Below are positions 12,742-26,631 of a stretch of 64,000 nt of DNA, one piece after another. Position numbers and translations under genes: made by a program. The stretch comes from Octopus sinensis (Eukaryota): the NCBI RefSeq assembly GCF_006345805.1, contig NC_042998.1, positions 19,034,001 to 19,098,000 of the forward strand, in the 5' to 3' direction. Under the pieces are notes generated by a model. It was not told the origin of the DNA and ran no database searches. It worked only from the letters and a program-made list of their open reading frames with translations. Position 1 is the stretch's first letter, and every line of letters begins with the position of its first letter.

Positions 12742-14490
12742 TTGTGGAGGCGCAATGGCCCAGTGGTTAGGGCAGCGGACTCGCCGTCATAGGATCGCGA
12801 TTTCGATTCCCTGACCGGGCGTTATGAGTGTTTATTGAGCGAAAACACCTAAAGTTCAACGAGGCTCCGGCAGGGGATGGTGGTGAACCCAGCTGTACTT
12901 TCACCACAGCTTTCTCTCACTCTTACTTCCGGTTTCTGTTGTACCTCTATTTCAAAGGGCCGGCCTTGTCACTCTCTGTGTCACGCTGAATATCCCCGAG
13001 AACTACGTTAAGGGTACACTTGTCTGTGGAGTGCTCAGCCACTTACACGTTAATTTCACGAGCAGGCTGTTCCGTTGATTCGGATCAACCGGAACCCTCG
13101 CTGTCGTAACCGACGGAGTGCTTCCATATAATTATTATTTGAGGGAATAAAATCCAAACTTACAAGGAAAAAGATTTCAATTTAGAAAAACTAATTCAAA
13201 TTCCACACAATATAATATATATATATAATATTAGAAAGAAAACACCTTTTATCAATTCCAAATGAATAATTAAATTACACCATCTAGAAAATTACATATA
13301 ATAGACAAGTTAAAATTAAAATAACAATTAAAAAGTAGCGATTAAGTAAATTACAAAAATAATAAAATATATATAATAGGTATATTTCCATTTATTTCCA
13401 CACCGTCACAAACACACACGCACACAAACACACACAAGCACACACACACAAACACACACAAGCACACACACACAAACACACACAAGCACACACACACAAA
13501 CACACACAAGCACACACTCGCACATACACGCACCACACAAACACACCCTACACACGCGTGCACGCATGCGTACAAAAAAACACACACCTTTTGTGTGTAT
13601 CTTTCTCTGTCTTTTTATGGCATTGTCACTCTTTGTCTATTTGTATCCCTTTCTCTCTCTCTTCTCTCTCTCTGTATTTCTCTGTTTCTGTCCCTCTCTC
13701 CCTCACTCTCTTTCCCTGTCTCCCTCTCCTCCCTTTTGTATATACGTATTTAAGCGAAACTAGGAAGTCAAAATTCGCCATGTTATTACACGTCGATTTG
13801 AAGTTACAGCCTGTGTCAAGAATTTTATTAGGTTATTGTTATTGAACTGAAGTATACAAAACCTATAAATAACGACATATACGAATATATAATACATATG
13901 TAAAAGGTAACAGAAAAAACATAAGGAATTATACAAAGCGTAAAAACCTCGTTCATATACGGTCATGTCCTTATGCACTCATACTCACACATGCCATATA
14001 TGTACATACTCGCACATGTTTATATATGCATACACACACACGCATACACCAAAAATGAATATACATATGCCCCAAAAATAATTTTTTAAATACTGAGTAA
14101 AAAACGTCTATATATATGCATCTTGTGCCCGCACACACGCACACATCTAAAACTGCCCACTCATACATATTCACACACGTGTACAAATGAATCTATATAC
14201 ACATCTATATAGGTACAGGAGAAAATGCAGGATGGAAGAATACAGAAAAAATTATTATGTGTGAAAATATAAAAATATATGAAATAATAAAAGGTATAAT
14301 GAGATAAAAAAACTTTTTAGGACATAATATAGAAGGCAAGTTCTATCTGTTTTCTTGAGGGGACCAAAAACGTAACAAAAATTTGACTATTGAGTAATTG
14401 TAACATATTATTTTATAGATGAATTTCCTCTATTTACATAATATTGAGGTCTCTTTCTTTCTTTGTTATCTTACCGTTTTTACCAATATA
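11310..14490 (+). repeat. Segmental tandem duplication, copy 2 (most complete unit: B-X-SINE F3-PLE piece-A-D)
   Basis: Matches 7745-10430 and, more distantly, 3335-4130. Confidence 0.95.
12743..13125 (+). mobile_element. tRNA-derived SINE family F3 (duplicated copy)
   Basis: Nearly identical to 8695-9072 with the same flanks. Confidence 0.85.
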
Positions 14491-14549
14491 TATATATTAT
14501 ATATATATAATTTATATATATATATATATATTATAATATTAGAAAAACC

Positions 14550-17030
14550 CACGCATTTAAAAGAAAATACAAAACTGATATATCAATACCTGCGATTATG
14601 GCTCAATATACTGAGAAACATAATGCAGCACAATAACTTTCTCAAGGACAACGAGAATAGATTTCATAACAAGAGTTATGAGTAGCTTCTTTATGTATAC
14701 AAACGCCCTTCTCAAGAATGAAGACTTCAGCTCATAGCTCGGAATAACATTATCAAAGGAGGTAAAGGCGGATGATGAACGACACATAAGAGCGAGATAT
14801 AGATTCTGTGCTACAAACAGCTGTGAACGTAACTCGGCAAAATCTTCTTTTAATGATCATGAGATACCATTTTTTTCTGTCTAATACATTATATGCAAGG
14901 AAACATCAAAGAAGCATTCGCTAAACCTAAGTTCACTATTTGCTGCAAATCCAGTTTAATTTGTATTTGAAAAATAGCAAATTACCCAGATGAATTACAT
15001 AAATTGTCTATAAACGATTCACCAAAAGAATATATTTCAGAAGAAATCTTTGGAAGTTCATTGCGTGCTGGAAATGTGAAGCATTAAAGCAAATATCGTA
15101 ACAGTTTCTTGAGATCTTTCCATACACAGAATTCACAGGGTAGTTTATAGAATTTATAATTTATATATGTCGTTACTAATGCACCGCTTTACATGCAATA
15201 TCAATTATCCGATTCTGAAGATCAAATTCGACACCGTGTTCAGAGAATGGCTGTATATATAGAAAACAAAATATTTTGATACTCTTAGTTTCTGAATATT
15301 TCATCTTGTTTTAGCTTCTGCAAACAAGATTAACTTCGCATCATGGTTACCGCCCTAATAGAAAGCAAAGCGATGAAACAAGTGGTGAGCTTCCTGGAAA
15401 TGTATTCACACTAGGAAGCGTAGATTCTTTGATAGTGAAAAATCAATTTGGTCTTTATCCTGTAACAAATTATTTGAATTCATTAAATATAAATAATGTA
15501 AATGTTCTAACGATTTAGTTCATCACAATTTAATTTCTCTCTCTCTCTTTCACACACACACAGCCACACACATAAACACACGTATACACACATATAAATA
15601 GATATAACAAGTTGTTCACTGTTGATTTTTTGGCCACTTGTATCTCCATATTATGATATTAACTTGATACAACCTGCTCAATGATATTAACTTGATACAT
15701 AGCTCAATTGTTTGTTCTTTATTTTATCACTTGCTGAGAAATCTTCGGCACCCCTGGGTTTTGCCTCGACTTGTAACTGAGGATGAAAAATCAATGAATT
15801 TTCCCATTCCTCATAAAAGGAATCAGCGATTTCGTTCCGACCACAGTTCAGAATCTGTTTTCAAATAACAGCGGTTTGACCTGAAGTTTATCGTATGTGT
15901 TTGATGAAATCTGAAGGTGCTGCTGATACTTCAGGCTTGTCACAGTTTGTCATGCTGAGAACAGCAAATTTCATTCCCTACGACAGCAACGAATTCATGA
16001 TGCTTTCAAAGCCCAATGCTCGGCACTGATCAATCGGAGACCTGCAACAGTATAGCATGAAAATGCCCATACACCAAATGCATATGTGACCGAAAATTTG
16101 AGGAACGTGAGGTGCTGGAAGCATCGTTCCACTTTGGCTTAAGTACAGACCTTGCACAATTAGATTATCACCTTTTCCGAGACAAGGCACACTTCTTGCT
16201 TGACGGAAGTTAAACGATGTGTTTGTCTTAGAGCCTGCCTTACGCTTTAAGCGCGGACCTGAGCTTTCTCGCAGAGGCAACAGAAAATCATGGGACATAT
16301 TGTGATGAATAAAGGCTTTTTGCATGGAAATTCTTGGAAATATTAATAAGATTGAAGTACGTACAAGCGTTTGCCTGAACCTGGCATATGTGATTAATAC
16401 GTTTGTGTTTTCATATATATATATATATATATATATAATAATATATATATATATATATACATATATATATGTGACGCATATTTTATTTTAGTATTCGACC
16501 TTACTATTCGATTTTACTATTCTTCACACGGAAACAAATGCCTTAAATTATTTTCTTTCCATCTTTTTATGAATCTGTATTCATAGGGCATAAGGCGGCG
16601 AACTGGCGGAATCGTTAAAACGCTGGACAAAATGCTTAGCGGTATTTCGTCTGCGTTACGTCGCGAGTTCAAATTCCGCCGAGGTCGACTTTGCCTGTCA
16701 TCCTTTTGGGGTCGATAAATTAAGTACCAGTTACGCTCTGGTGTCGATGTAATCGACTCAATACCTATGTATGTCCTTGTTTGTCCCCTATGTGTTTAGC
16801 TCCTTGTGGGTAATAAAGAAATAGGTATTTCGTCTGCCGCTACGTTCTGAGTTCAAATTCCGCCGAGATCGACTTTGCCTTTCATTCTTTCGGGGTCGAT
16901 AAATTAAATACCAGTTACGCACTGAGGTCAATGTAATCGACTTAATCCCTTTGTTTGTCCCTTGTGGATACTAAAGAAATAGGTATCCATATATGCATGC
17001 ATATATACATATATATGTAGCATGTACGTA
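14550..17030 (+). repeat. Older paralogous duplication of ~3335-6300 (B + mariner + SINE F1)
   Basis: Collinear but diverged; this copy lacks ~400 bp of the mariner ORF (junction TTTATCACTT|GCTGAGAAAT) and ~36 bp near 16220. Confidence 0.9.
16594..16984 (+). mobile_element. SINE family F1
   Basis: Same head and body as 5819-6226. Confidence 0.85.
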
Positions 17031-17084
17031 TACGTATGTATATATGCATATACATATATCATTATTACACACTCACACACACAC

Positions 17085-17150
<66 letters not shown>

Positions 17151-17864
17151 TAATTCTACCCACAAGTATTTGGTCGACTCGTGGTGTGATAGAAGACACT
17201 TGACAAGTTTTTACGCAGTGCTGCTGAACCCGGATTCTTGTTGTTGGAAATCAAACCACATAGCACGCAGCCACTCCTGCACCTATGCAAATCCTGTTCT
17301 CATTTATGCATTGGTATATACTTATCGTGAGCGCTTTTGTGTCCGTATCTGCTTGGGTATATGTGCGTGTGTATGCGTAAATAGGAGGCAGGTGATTGGC
17401 GGAATTGTTGTTAATGTAATAAGGAGATAACTACCTAACCTACTTTTATTTCACTGCCATTAGAATTCTTTACATATTAAATATATTTCTGGATAGGTAT
17501 TGTTCGTTCGCATGAATAAAATATGTCCAATCCTTGTGCGCAGCGATGCGTTTTATTGCTTCGTGTTTACCGATGCAAGAGTCACGTAGAGTGTCAGATG
17601 CAAACGCACAAACTGAAAGACACGTATTTAAACTCAACGACTACACATACAAGTTTCCACACATAACTTCAAACGTGTTTTCTCTGATATGAATTTGCTA
17701 CCCAGGTATCGGTTAACCGAATTATCTATAACGAGATAATTCATTCAACTCCTCAAATATATATATATATATATATTCCTCTATCGACATAATATCGAGG
17801 CTCGGCTGCGGCCTTCGGGCTAAAACATTTTTTAGGATTTAAGGATTAATATATATATATATAT

Positions 17865-17921
<57 letters not shown>

Positions 17922-17962
17922 CATATGTATATGTCTATGTATGGATACATACCTATATATAT

Positions 17963-18034
<72 letters not shown>

Positions 18035-18214
18035 GCTGGTTATACTGGAGATCGCTCCAATCTGGCCAGCCCAAGGAAAAGCAAAGCTAAGTGCACTAGA
18101 TTCCTTGGAAGAAAACAGCGAATGTATACGAAAACAAAGACAGAAAAGAAAGGAGAAATGGTACTCAAATACAAATGCAAATAACAGGACATTAACAACA
18201 CTTGTCATTATATA

Positions 18215-18880
18215 TGCGAAGGATGATCGATAAGTATTCGTATTGTTGCCATAGTAACGAAGCTAAAGGATGCAGAGTGAAGTAGCTTCGTACAAATTGA
18301 CCCTGTACTCTGCTGTACATGTGAACTAAGATTTAACGTTCTAGCTCACGTCTGTTTACAATAGTGCTTTGTAGCAATATGTGTAGCGTGTGATCGTTGC
18401 ATTTACCGTGAGAGAGAGAGAGTTGAGCAGAGAATCTACATCAAAACTTTACCAAACTGTTGGTGATACCTGCTCCGAGGCTTACAAAACGATTTCATCG
18501 TTCTTGATGCAATCAAGGAGATCATGTGCAGCTGAAACTTGAGTGTTGTTTTGTTCAGCTGAAAAGCAGTTTTGGTACAAATATGGCAGAGACACGTCTC
18601 CTACCTAAAGTTTCAGTGATATTGAACTGAACTGAAACGTAACTAATCTGCATATACTCTGATAACACACAGATGGTGATTTAACGATTAACTCTAAAAA
18701 ACTTCACGCATTTCTGCAATGTTTTTCTCAGTTCTGCCGGGTGTGGGTCTCCCAAAACGTTTGTCAACACGCTCCATAAACATTCGGCAACGTTGCATCG
18801 GCCCCTGAGCAGATAGCGTCCTGACAACTTTCTCTGTCGCGGTCAATGCGACAATCACACGCTACACACCTTCCTTCCAG
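18215..18880. mobile_element. Two mariner fragments in opposite orientation
   Basis: Plus strand: ERVEQRIYIK (mariner N-terminus) after a TIR-like start. Minus strand ~18660-18870: RFGRPTPGRTEKNIAEMREVFRVNR*ITICVLSE (GRP/HTH region). Both share GTGTAGCGTGTGAT. Confidence 0.65.
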
Positions 18881-19098
18881 TAAGTCATAACGATAAATCG
18901 TAGAGCACAGAGAACTCAAATCGTAGTGCAGCAGAGTTCAATGTGTGTGTGTAAATATATGTATGTGTGCAAGTATGGAGAGATATGTGTGTATTTACTT
19001 ACATATATATATATATATGTATGCATGTGTGTGTACGTTGGTATTGATATGTATATATGTATACATATATGCATGTATATATATATGTGTATATATAT

Positions 19099-19157
<59 letters not shown>

Positions 19158-19925
19158 GTGCTTGTATATGTGTGCGTATGTATAATATATATATATATAT
19201 ACAGAGATAGACAGAATGAGATATATATATACTTCTCTATATGGGAACGAAATATGAGAGCTAGCATGATCTCCCTCTTCCCGAAACTAAAATATATATA
19301 TTAAAAAAACATTTCCATCAACAAATAATTGACATCTCGCTTACACCTCATTAACACCACCCCAGATACACACCTAAAACTTAGAAAATTACAGAAATTA
19401 CAGAAAGAAAGAAGTTGGAAAAACATCTGGTTATTAGTTTGTTGACCAAATGTGAACTATTCAAATAGCTTCATAAAACACTCCTTTAAAGCCCTACCGC
19501 CTACCAACACTACCCCAAATGAAGTAACTTTTGTTGATCATTCACTACTTTCATTCAGATATCATTCAACCACATTCTTTCATCCCAACACTGATTTACA
19601 GACCCCAACCATACCCCAAACTCATGCATATGACATATATGTACAATCACGAAGCCACAAAACCTGAGATCGGTTTGACGACGAATGTGAAAAAGTTCTC
19701 CAAAACAGTTAACAAAGATTTTTTTTTAATGTCCTCACCCAAGTTAACAAAGACCTTACTAGATCGATGAACTATGTGTAAAATTTATATTATTAAAAGA
19801 TTAAAATCTAGTAAATTAAACTGAATAGAACTACCAGTGAGGTACTTATTCTATCGGCCGCTTTTGCCGAACCGCTACGTTTCGGGGATATGAACACACC
19901 ACCTGAGATTCTCACATATTTTCCA

Positions 19926-20026
<101 letters not shown>

Positions 20027-20357
20027 CAGTCGCCACTACACACATTTTTCTCTCTCCTTGTTTTTTCTGTGTTCCTTTCTGTAGAAGAGCGTAGGATCGA
20101 AACTTAAAATATTTTTTCTATTCCTGAGCGTTATACTAATACATCTGTTTGTTTTGTACACCACCTGTCTTCGTCTTCTGTTTTTTTCGCATGTATGTAT
20201 GTATGTATTTATGTATGTATGTATGTATGTATGTATGTATGTATGTACGTATGTACGTATGTATGTATGTATGTATGTATGTATGTATGTATGTATGTAT
20301 ATTTTGGAATTCTATAGGTAACAAATTGTAAATATAATGATTTGTAAACATGGTATA

Positions 20358-21239
20358 CGAGGTTTATCCAAAAGAAACCGGAATTTTGCAATATTACTTT
20401 ATGCAATTAGTTTTCAATGTTTACACTTTTATCACCTTCAAATTATTTTGCATTTCAAACAATGCATCGGCCCAGATGTGTTTTTGAATTTTAGAATCAG
20501 TGCTGAAACTCTTGGGAAGTGATGCCTTTTGATGCCTCTATATTTTTTTTCTTCACCTCATACACATCTGTAAATTCAGTAACACCAGCTTTCATCACCA
20601 GTGATGACATTCGAAGAAAAGTCCGGATCAACTTCCAGCTGTCCTTTCGGTTCACGACACGCATTTATTCATGGCTGCTTTTGATCTTCCGTGAGCAAGC
20701 GAGCCAAACATTTTGCTGCAGCTCTTTTCATTCGCATTTCCTCGCTCAAAATTCATTGTCAGGAGCTCTAGGACACACCTGTCATATCACCAAGTTTGTC
20801 AATTGTTCGGTGACGGTCCTTCAAGATCAGTGCATGAAATTTCAGGATTTTTCCATGAAAAGGTTGACGGAAGACCTGAACGAGATTGTGACCATTCCTA
20901 ATGCATGAAAACGATACGTAAACTATTATTTTGCTAATGGCGGCAGTCTTGTAAGTTGTTTGAAGTATGAGAACTGTTTTGGATGCCGATTACCCCAGCA
21001 GAAAATAGAATTTCACGGAAGCACTGTGTTCCTCGCTTCTGCCATCGCAAAAATCGACGAGCCTGGGAAAAGCACGGTAAAACAAAGACCACGTGGTAGT
21101 ATGACTCCAGTGGGCAACGCCGGACGTCATACTCATGCCTGAAGGTTGCATTAAGTGGCTCCTTTCGGCGGATGCCTGAAGTACAAGGGATGTGTCCCAC
21201 AGAAAAATGTTTCCCATTACTTTTCGGTAGTCTCTCCCG
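20358..21239 (-). mobile_element. Internally deleted mariner transposon
   Basis: Minus strand: SASVKFYFLLG..SASKTVLILQTTYK..ILKDRHRTIDKL..MKRAAAKCLARLLTEDQK..NVITGDESWCY, then jumps to C-terminal EVKKK..GITSQEFQH. Degenerate TIRs TACGAGGTTTATCCAAAAG / TACGGGAGAGACTACCGAAAAG with TA flanks. Confidence 0.85.
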
Positions 21240-21449
21240 TATTAAATGGCATAATTGTAACACTATATTTCGTATTGCTAAATGTATTCAGCCTGGGATC
21301 ATTTTGTACTTACATACACCCACTACATAGTGTCGATATGAATCACACATATCTTAAAGCACCACCTAATTTTCTCACAGGAGACACTCCTTAATTTATT
21401 TGTTATTTTTCCACAATTGTAAATATTTGTTCATAGAATTATTTACCAA

Positions 21450-21863
21450 GGCGGCGAGCTGGCAGAAACGTTAGCGCGCCGGGCGAAATGTTTAGCGGTA
21501 TTTCGTCTGCAGCTACGTTCAGAGTTCAAATTCCGCCGAGGTCGACTTTGCCTTTCATCCTTTCGGGGTCGAATAAATAAGTACCAGTTACGTACTGGGG
21601 TCGATGTAATCAACTTAATCCGTTTGTCTGTCCTTGTTTGTCCCCTCTGTGTTTAGCCCCTTGTGGGTAGAAAAGAAATAGATATTTCGTTTGCTGCTAC
21701 TTTCTGAGTTCAAATTCCACCGAGGTCGACTTTGCCATTCATCCTTTTGGGGTCGATAAATCAAGTACCAGTTACGCACAGGAGTCTATATAATCGACTT
21801 AATCCGTTTGTCTGTCCTTGTTTGTCCTCTCTGTGTTTAGCCCCTTGTGGACAGTAAAGAAAT
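21450..21863 (+). mobile_element. SINE family F1 with internal module duplication
   Basis: Same head and body as other F1 copies. Confidence 0.9.
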
Positions 21864-23145
21864 AAATATTTACCATTGTCGAAACATCAAAATGTAGTAG
21901 GTACATACTTTTGTTACATAAGCATATAATTTGCCTTCCAAATTTGACCAACTAACGCACACATGTATACACACATAAAAACCTTCAAACGCCTACACAC
22001 AAAACACCGACACGCACACACAAGATCTACACCCATCTACATTTACACATACATACACAGAAAAGCACAAGTTAATTTCCTATAATAAAAGATAAGCGAT
22101 AGCAAATCTAACTTCAAGAGATTTAAATTAGTTGAAATTCCTGAAGTGTGCTACTTCGTGCGTAATTAACGTTAGCGAGTGAATTTCTTAATGATAGGAT
22201 AAAACTGTGAGTACATATGCTGATAAGGAAGTACATTTTCTCATTGAAAGTTTACCAATACACGAAACATGGAAACTGTTGTGCTTCAGGGAACATACTT
22301 CGGAATTTTATTAAAATATTCTTATAAGCAAAATAATTTCTACTTGTTTATCCGTATTTCAGTTGTTTACAATCTTATATTTCTTTCCCAGTCAATATTT
22401 CATATTTATTACGTAATTATTTCCTCATTTGCTATTTATATTCAGTAATATGTCCGATTTAAGATGGTATTATGTCTTCGCTAAATAGCTCATTACAAAG
22501 TGTTTTTTTCACCGTATGCTACTCGTACTAGTGAGGCCTTTCAGGCAAACGGCTTTAAAATACGCTTCGCAATGCTAATTGTCATATTATGTGCTGAAAT
22601 GACGTACGCTGTGAAATAGTAGTTGGAATTTCCAGGTTATCATATATACAGTTTTACAGAGTGTAATGACCTGTTATAAGACACCACCTTTATTTTATAA
22701 AAGTATGAAGATTAGAAAAAATATTTATCATGGAACACTTTATTGAGAAATGTTTCTTTGTCATGTATAATTGAATTTAAGTTTAAAATATGCTTTAGCG
22801 ACTTCCGTGCGTGTGTTAGTAAATGTTAGTCGCAAAATATAAGTCTCAGTACGTTTTGCTCGAAGGTTCAAATTACATCGTGGAAAATGAACCACTCTAT
22901 AAAACATCTAATGAAACAAAGCACACCATACATCTACGTCCCAGGATACAAATGTATTATACCAAATTTCCCCAAATTACCAGCAAGAATTAATGTAGAG
23001 TAAAATAAATCTGTGATCCAGCAAAACTTTGCTGTGCATGTATATGTGTGTACCCATAAGAGCCGTATGCATTGACTGATAATTAAGTGTGTGGCGTGTT
23101 GTGTATGACTTTCTCATCCAAATATATAATATACTACATACATGC

Positions 23146-23227
<82 letters not shown>

Positions 23228-23600
23228 GACGTTGGAGTGGCTGTGTGGTAAGTAGCTTGCTTACCAACCACATGGTTCCGGTTTCAGTCCCCCTGCTTGG
23301 AACCTTGGGCAAGTGTCTTCTACTTTAGCGTCGGGACGACCAAAGACTTCTGAGTGGATTTGGTTGGCGGAAACTGAAAGAAGTCCGTCGTATATATACA
23401 TATATATATATGTATGTGTGTGTATATGTTTGCGTGTCTGTGTTTGTCCCCCTAACCTCGCTTGACAACCGATGCTGGTGTGTTTACGTCCCCGAAAATT
23501 AACGGTCCAGCAAAAGATACCGATAGAATAAGTACTAGGCTTACAAAGAATAAGTCCTGGGGTCGATTTTCTCAACTGACTGAACCAAATAAAAGGGTAA
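23228..23600 (+). mobile_element. SINE family F2 (GGAGTGGCTGTGTGGTAAG head)
   Basis: tRNA-like head with B box (GGTTCAGTCC-type), central TA/CA microsatellite and shared tail; copies at 31141, 35587, 47050, 42915(-). Confidence 0.9.
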
Positions 23601-24284
23601 AAGAATATATATATATAGCTCATAAATAAGAATCGTTATTCTCCGTATAGAATACTCTTGCCAATGCTTAGGAGGTTTAAACTTTAGCGGGTAGAAGAGT
23701 GAATGTTAGGATAAGGAAGTTCGGCAGGCTGATATTCAAAGAATATTTAATATATGAAATACAAAAACAAAGTATACATGTTTACATACAAAAATACAAG
23801 AATAGAAATTATAACAATATTAAAAGAATTGTATTACAAGTAATACCTATAAAAGAACAGTATTACAAATCTGATTTGTAATACGTATCTTTTCTTATAG
23901 GACAGCAGTCGGATTTGTAATACCCTTCTTCAAACCCTTTAATGCTTGATATCATTTTTATTCTGTGTAATTTGAACCGATTAGTATTTAGACATGTGCA
24001 GTTTTTCTTTATTCAATGTATTTAATATTTTTTGTATATAGAAATGCCTAACTCAGACAACGATATTGTTGTCTGGGTGATTTTCTTATGGTAGAGAAAT
24101 AGCTTGTTTTAATTGCTATTTCTAAATTTCGGTATGTGGTGAACCAAATGATTTGCTGAACCCTAATTATAATTATACTCATAATTATAAATATTTATTG
24201 CCCCAGCAAAATGGCGGTGCCCCAGCATGGCCACAGCTCATTAGCTGAAACTGGAAAAATCAAAAATCAAAATCATATATATAT

Positions 24285-24382
<98 letters not shown>

Positions 24383-25243
24383 ATAACACAGTGATTGTTT
24401 CTTATCAGGAACAAAATGTTTAATAGGACTGCTATAGAAGTGCTCAATTAAATGAGACAAATATATTAAACTATGGCTGCAGAACAAACAGATACAAGGT
24501 CATCCACGTAACATTTCATATCTCGAACATTTAATCATAGAATATACATATATAACATCATGGAAGATGAAACATAACTCATCAGTACAAGCATATAAGA
24601 AAATAAAAAAATGCGAGAAAAATGTGTGAATACAGTTCATCACGGTTAAAAGTTAATACTTTAGCAATTAAGAAACATATATCTCTTTTAAAAAACATTA
24701 CAACACCTAGAGTAATAACTACGCAAAAATATAAATTAATATATGAATATATAGATATATAAAAATATATAAAGATACATATATATAGGAAGCATAAAAG
24801 TAAGTAATATATAATATATAAGGTAAGATAAAAGTTCATCGTTTAGAAATTTTTTTTTCCTTAAAAATTACTTTTCAGGTAAGGGAAACCTATAGTTAAA
24901 AGCCAGTGTCCAAGCAAAAAAGAAGAAACCATATTTACGTTCCCTAAGGCCATTTCAGGGGTACATTACTGTATTTAATGCACGAGGGTGCATCACAATA
25001 ATAACTCCTTCGTCAGGGGAAAAAATAGAGAGACAGACATCACGTACCAGGGCGAGATATGAAATGTTACGTGGATGACCTTGTATTTGTTTGTTCCGCA
25101 ACCATAGTCTAATATATATATATATATATTGATAGATAGTTAAGTTTGCCTTGTGAATAACTTTCTCTTTCATTCTCATACTTTCTCCCAATATATATAT
25201 ATGCATACACATATTCTTATGATATATTATTATTAGTAGTAGT

Positions 25244-25301
<58 letters not shown>

Positions 25302-25302
<1 letters not shown>

Positions 25303-25461
25303 TTTTTTTTCTTCTGTCAAATTTGCTTCTATTTCTTGCCGAGTGTCTTCCCGACTCCTAGGGCAAAGAAACTCATAGTATACATTGGTAGGCCATTAAA
25401 CCAAACTCAATAGTTCGTTCATTTAAAAAAAAAAAATTTTTAAGTTAAATTAAAATACATG
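25302..25461 (-). mobile_element. 3'-UTR-only copy of the adjacent R4/Dong-like element, between (TAA)n tracts
   Basis: Near match to 25491-25650 with several substitutions; flanked by (ATT)n at ~25227-25301 and 25462-25488. Confidence 0.85.
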
Positions 25462-25490
25462 ATTATTATTATTATTATTATTATTATTTA

Positions 25491-26415
25491 TGGCTTTTTC
25501 TTCTTCTTTCAAATTTGCTTCCATTTCTTGCCGAGTGTCTTCCCGACTCCTAGGGCAAAGAAACTCATAGTATATATTGGTAGGCCATTAAACTAAACTC
25601 ACTAGTTCGTTCATTTTTTTTATAGAAATAAAGTTAAATTAAAAATACATGGTTAGTAATAATTCTCACATCGACAATGCTCTTCTCAATAGTGTGATGT
25701 ACCAGTTAAGACAATCTTTTGCACTTCTTGCAGGGATGGTAAGCCAGGGATCATTCTCATATAATTTTCGGTTCCCTTCTTGATCATTCCTAGTGCTCCT
25801 ACGATCACTTGTATTGTAACCGCCTTGAGATGCCACATTTTCTCAATTTCAATAAGCAGGTCTTTATATTTTCTGAGCTTGTCAAACTCTTTCGCTGAGA
25901 TATTATGATCACAGGGGATGCTCATGTCGATCAATAAGCAAACTTTATTGTTTTGGTCTTTCACAACAATATCCGGTTTATTGGCTTTGATGGTTCGGTC
26001 TGTATGTACTGGAAAGTCCCACAAAATCGTAACATTTTCTCCTTCAGTTATAGCTTCAGGGTGGTGATTATACCACTTGGCGGCAATTTTGATATTGTAA
26101 TGCCGACTTATTAGCCAGTGTAGATATTGGCCAACTCTGTCATGTCTTAATTTATACTCCACTGGTGCTAAGACTTTATATCCAGAGATTAGGTGGTCCA
26201 CTGTTTCAATCAGGCCGTTGCAGAATCGGCATTTTGAGTTTGCTCCATTTTTCGTCATATTGGCCTGATAGTTCCGGGTTAATAGGCTTTGATCTTGAGC
26301 AGCCAGGATGAAACCTTCGCTCTCTGCTTTCAGCCCTGAGCTCCGTAGCCACTGATGGGTTTGCTTCTGGGCAAACTTGTTTGCTAGGGGCCATCAGCTT
26401 GTTTGGTACGGGCCA

Positions 26416-26416
<1 letters not shown>
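25491..26416 (-). mobile_element. 5'-truncated R4/Dong-clade non-LTR retrotransposon (CCHC zinc knuckle + restriction-like endonuclease) in (TAA)n
   Basis: Minus strand reads HQWLRSSGLKAESEGFILAAQDQSLLTRNY..CRFCNGLIETVDHLISG..RHDRV..ILWDFPVHTDRTIKANKPDIVV..LLIDMSIP..K..KY; flanked by (ATT)n at 25462-25488 and 26417-26453. Confidence 0.9.
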
Positions 26417-26457
<41 letters not shown>

Positions 26458-26631
26458 ACATATTATATTATATTATATATTATATATAATAACATATATA
26501 TAATCGCTCGTATGAAATGGATAAATACTTTAATAGTATTAATACTTTGATACAATAGATACTCAATTAAAATTCAGTATATAATATTCTCATTGAATAT
26601 ACTTAACTAAAGATTTATATATATATATACA

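Noticed and set aside
22527-22552. CTAGTGAGGCCTTTCAGGCAAAC, hammerhead-like
   Set aside because: Core scrambled, G12 missing, no stems I or III.
23700-23740. Resemblance to a 28S rRNA segment (TAGG.TAAGGAAGT.CGGCA)
   Set aside because: Under 40 bp with several mismatches and no flanking rDNA; probably chance.
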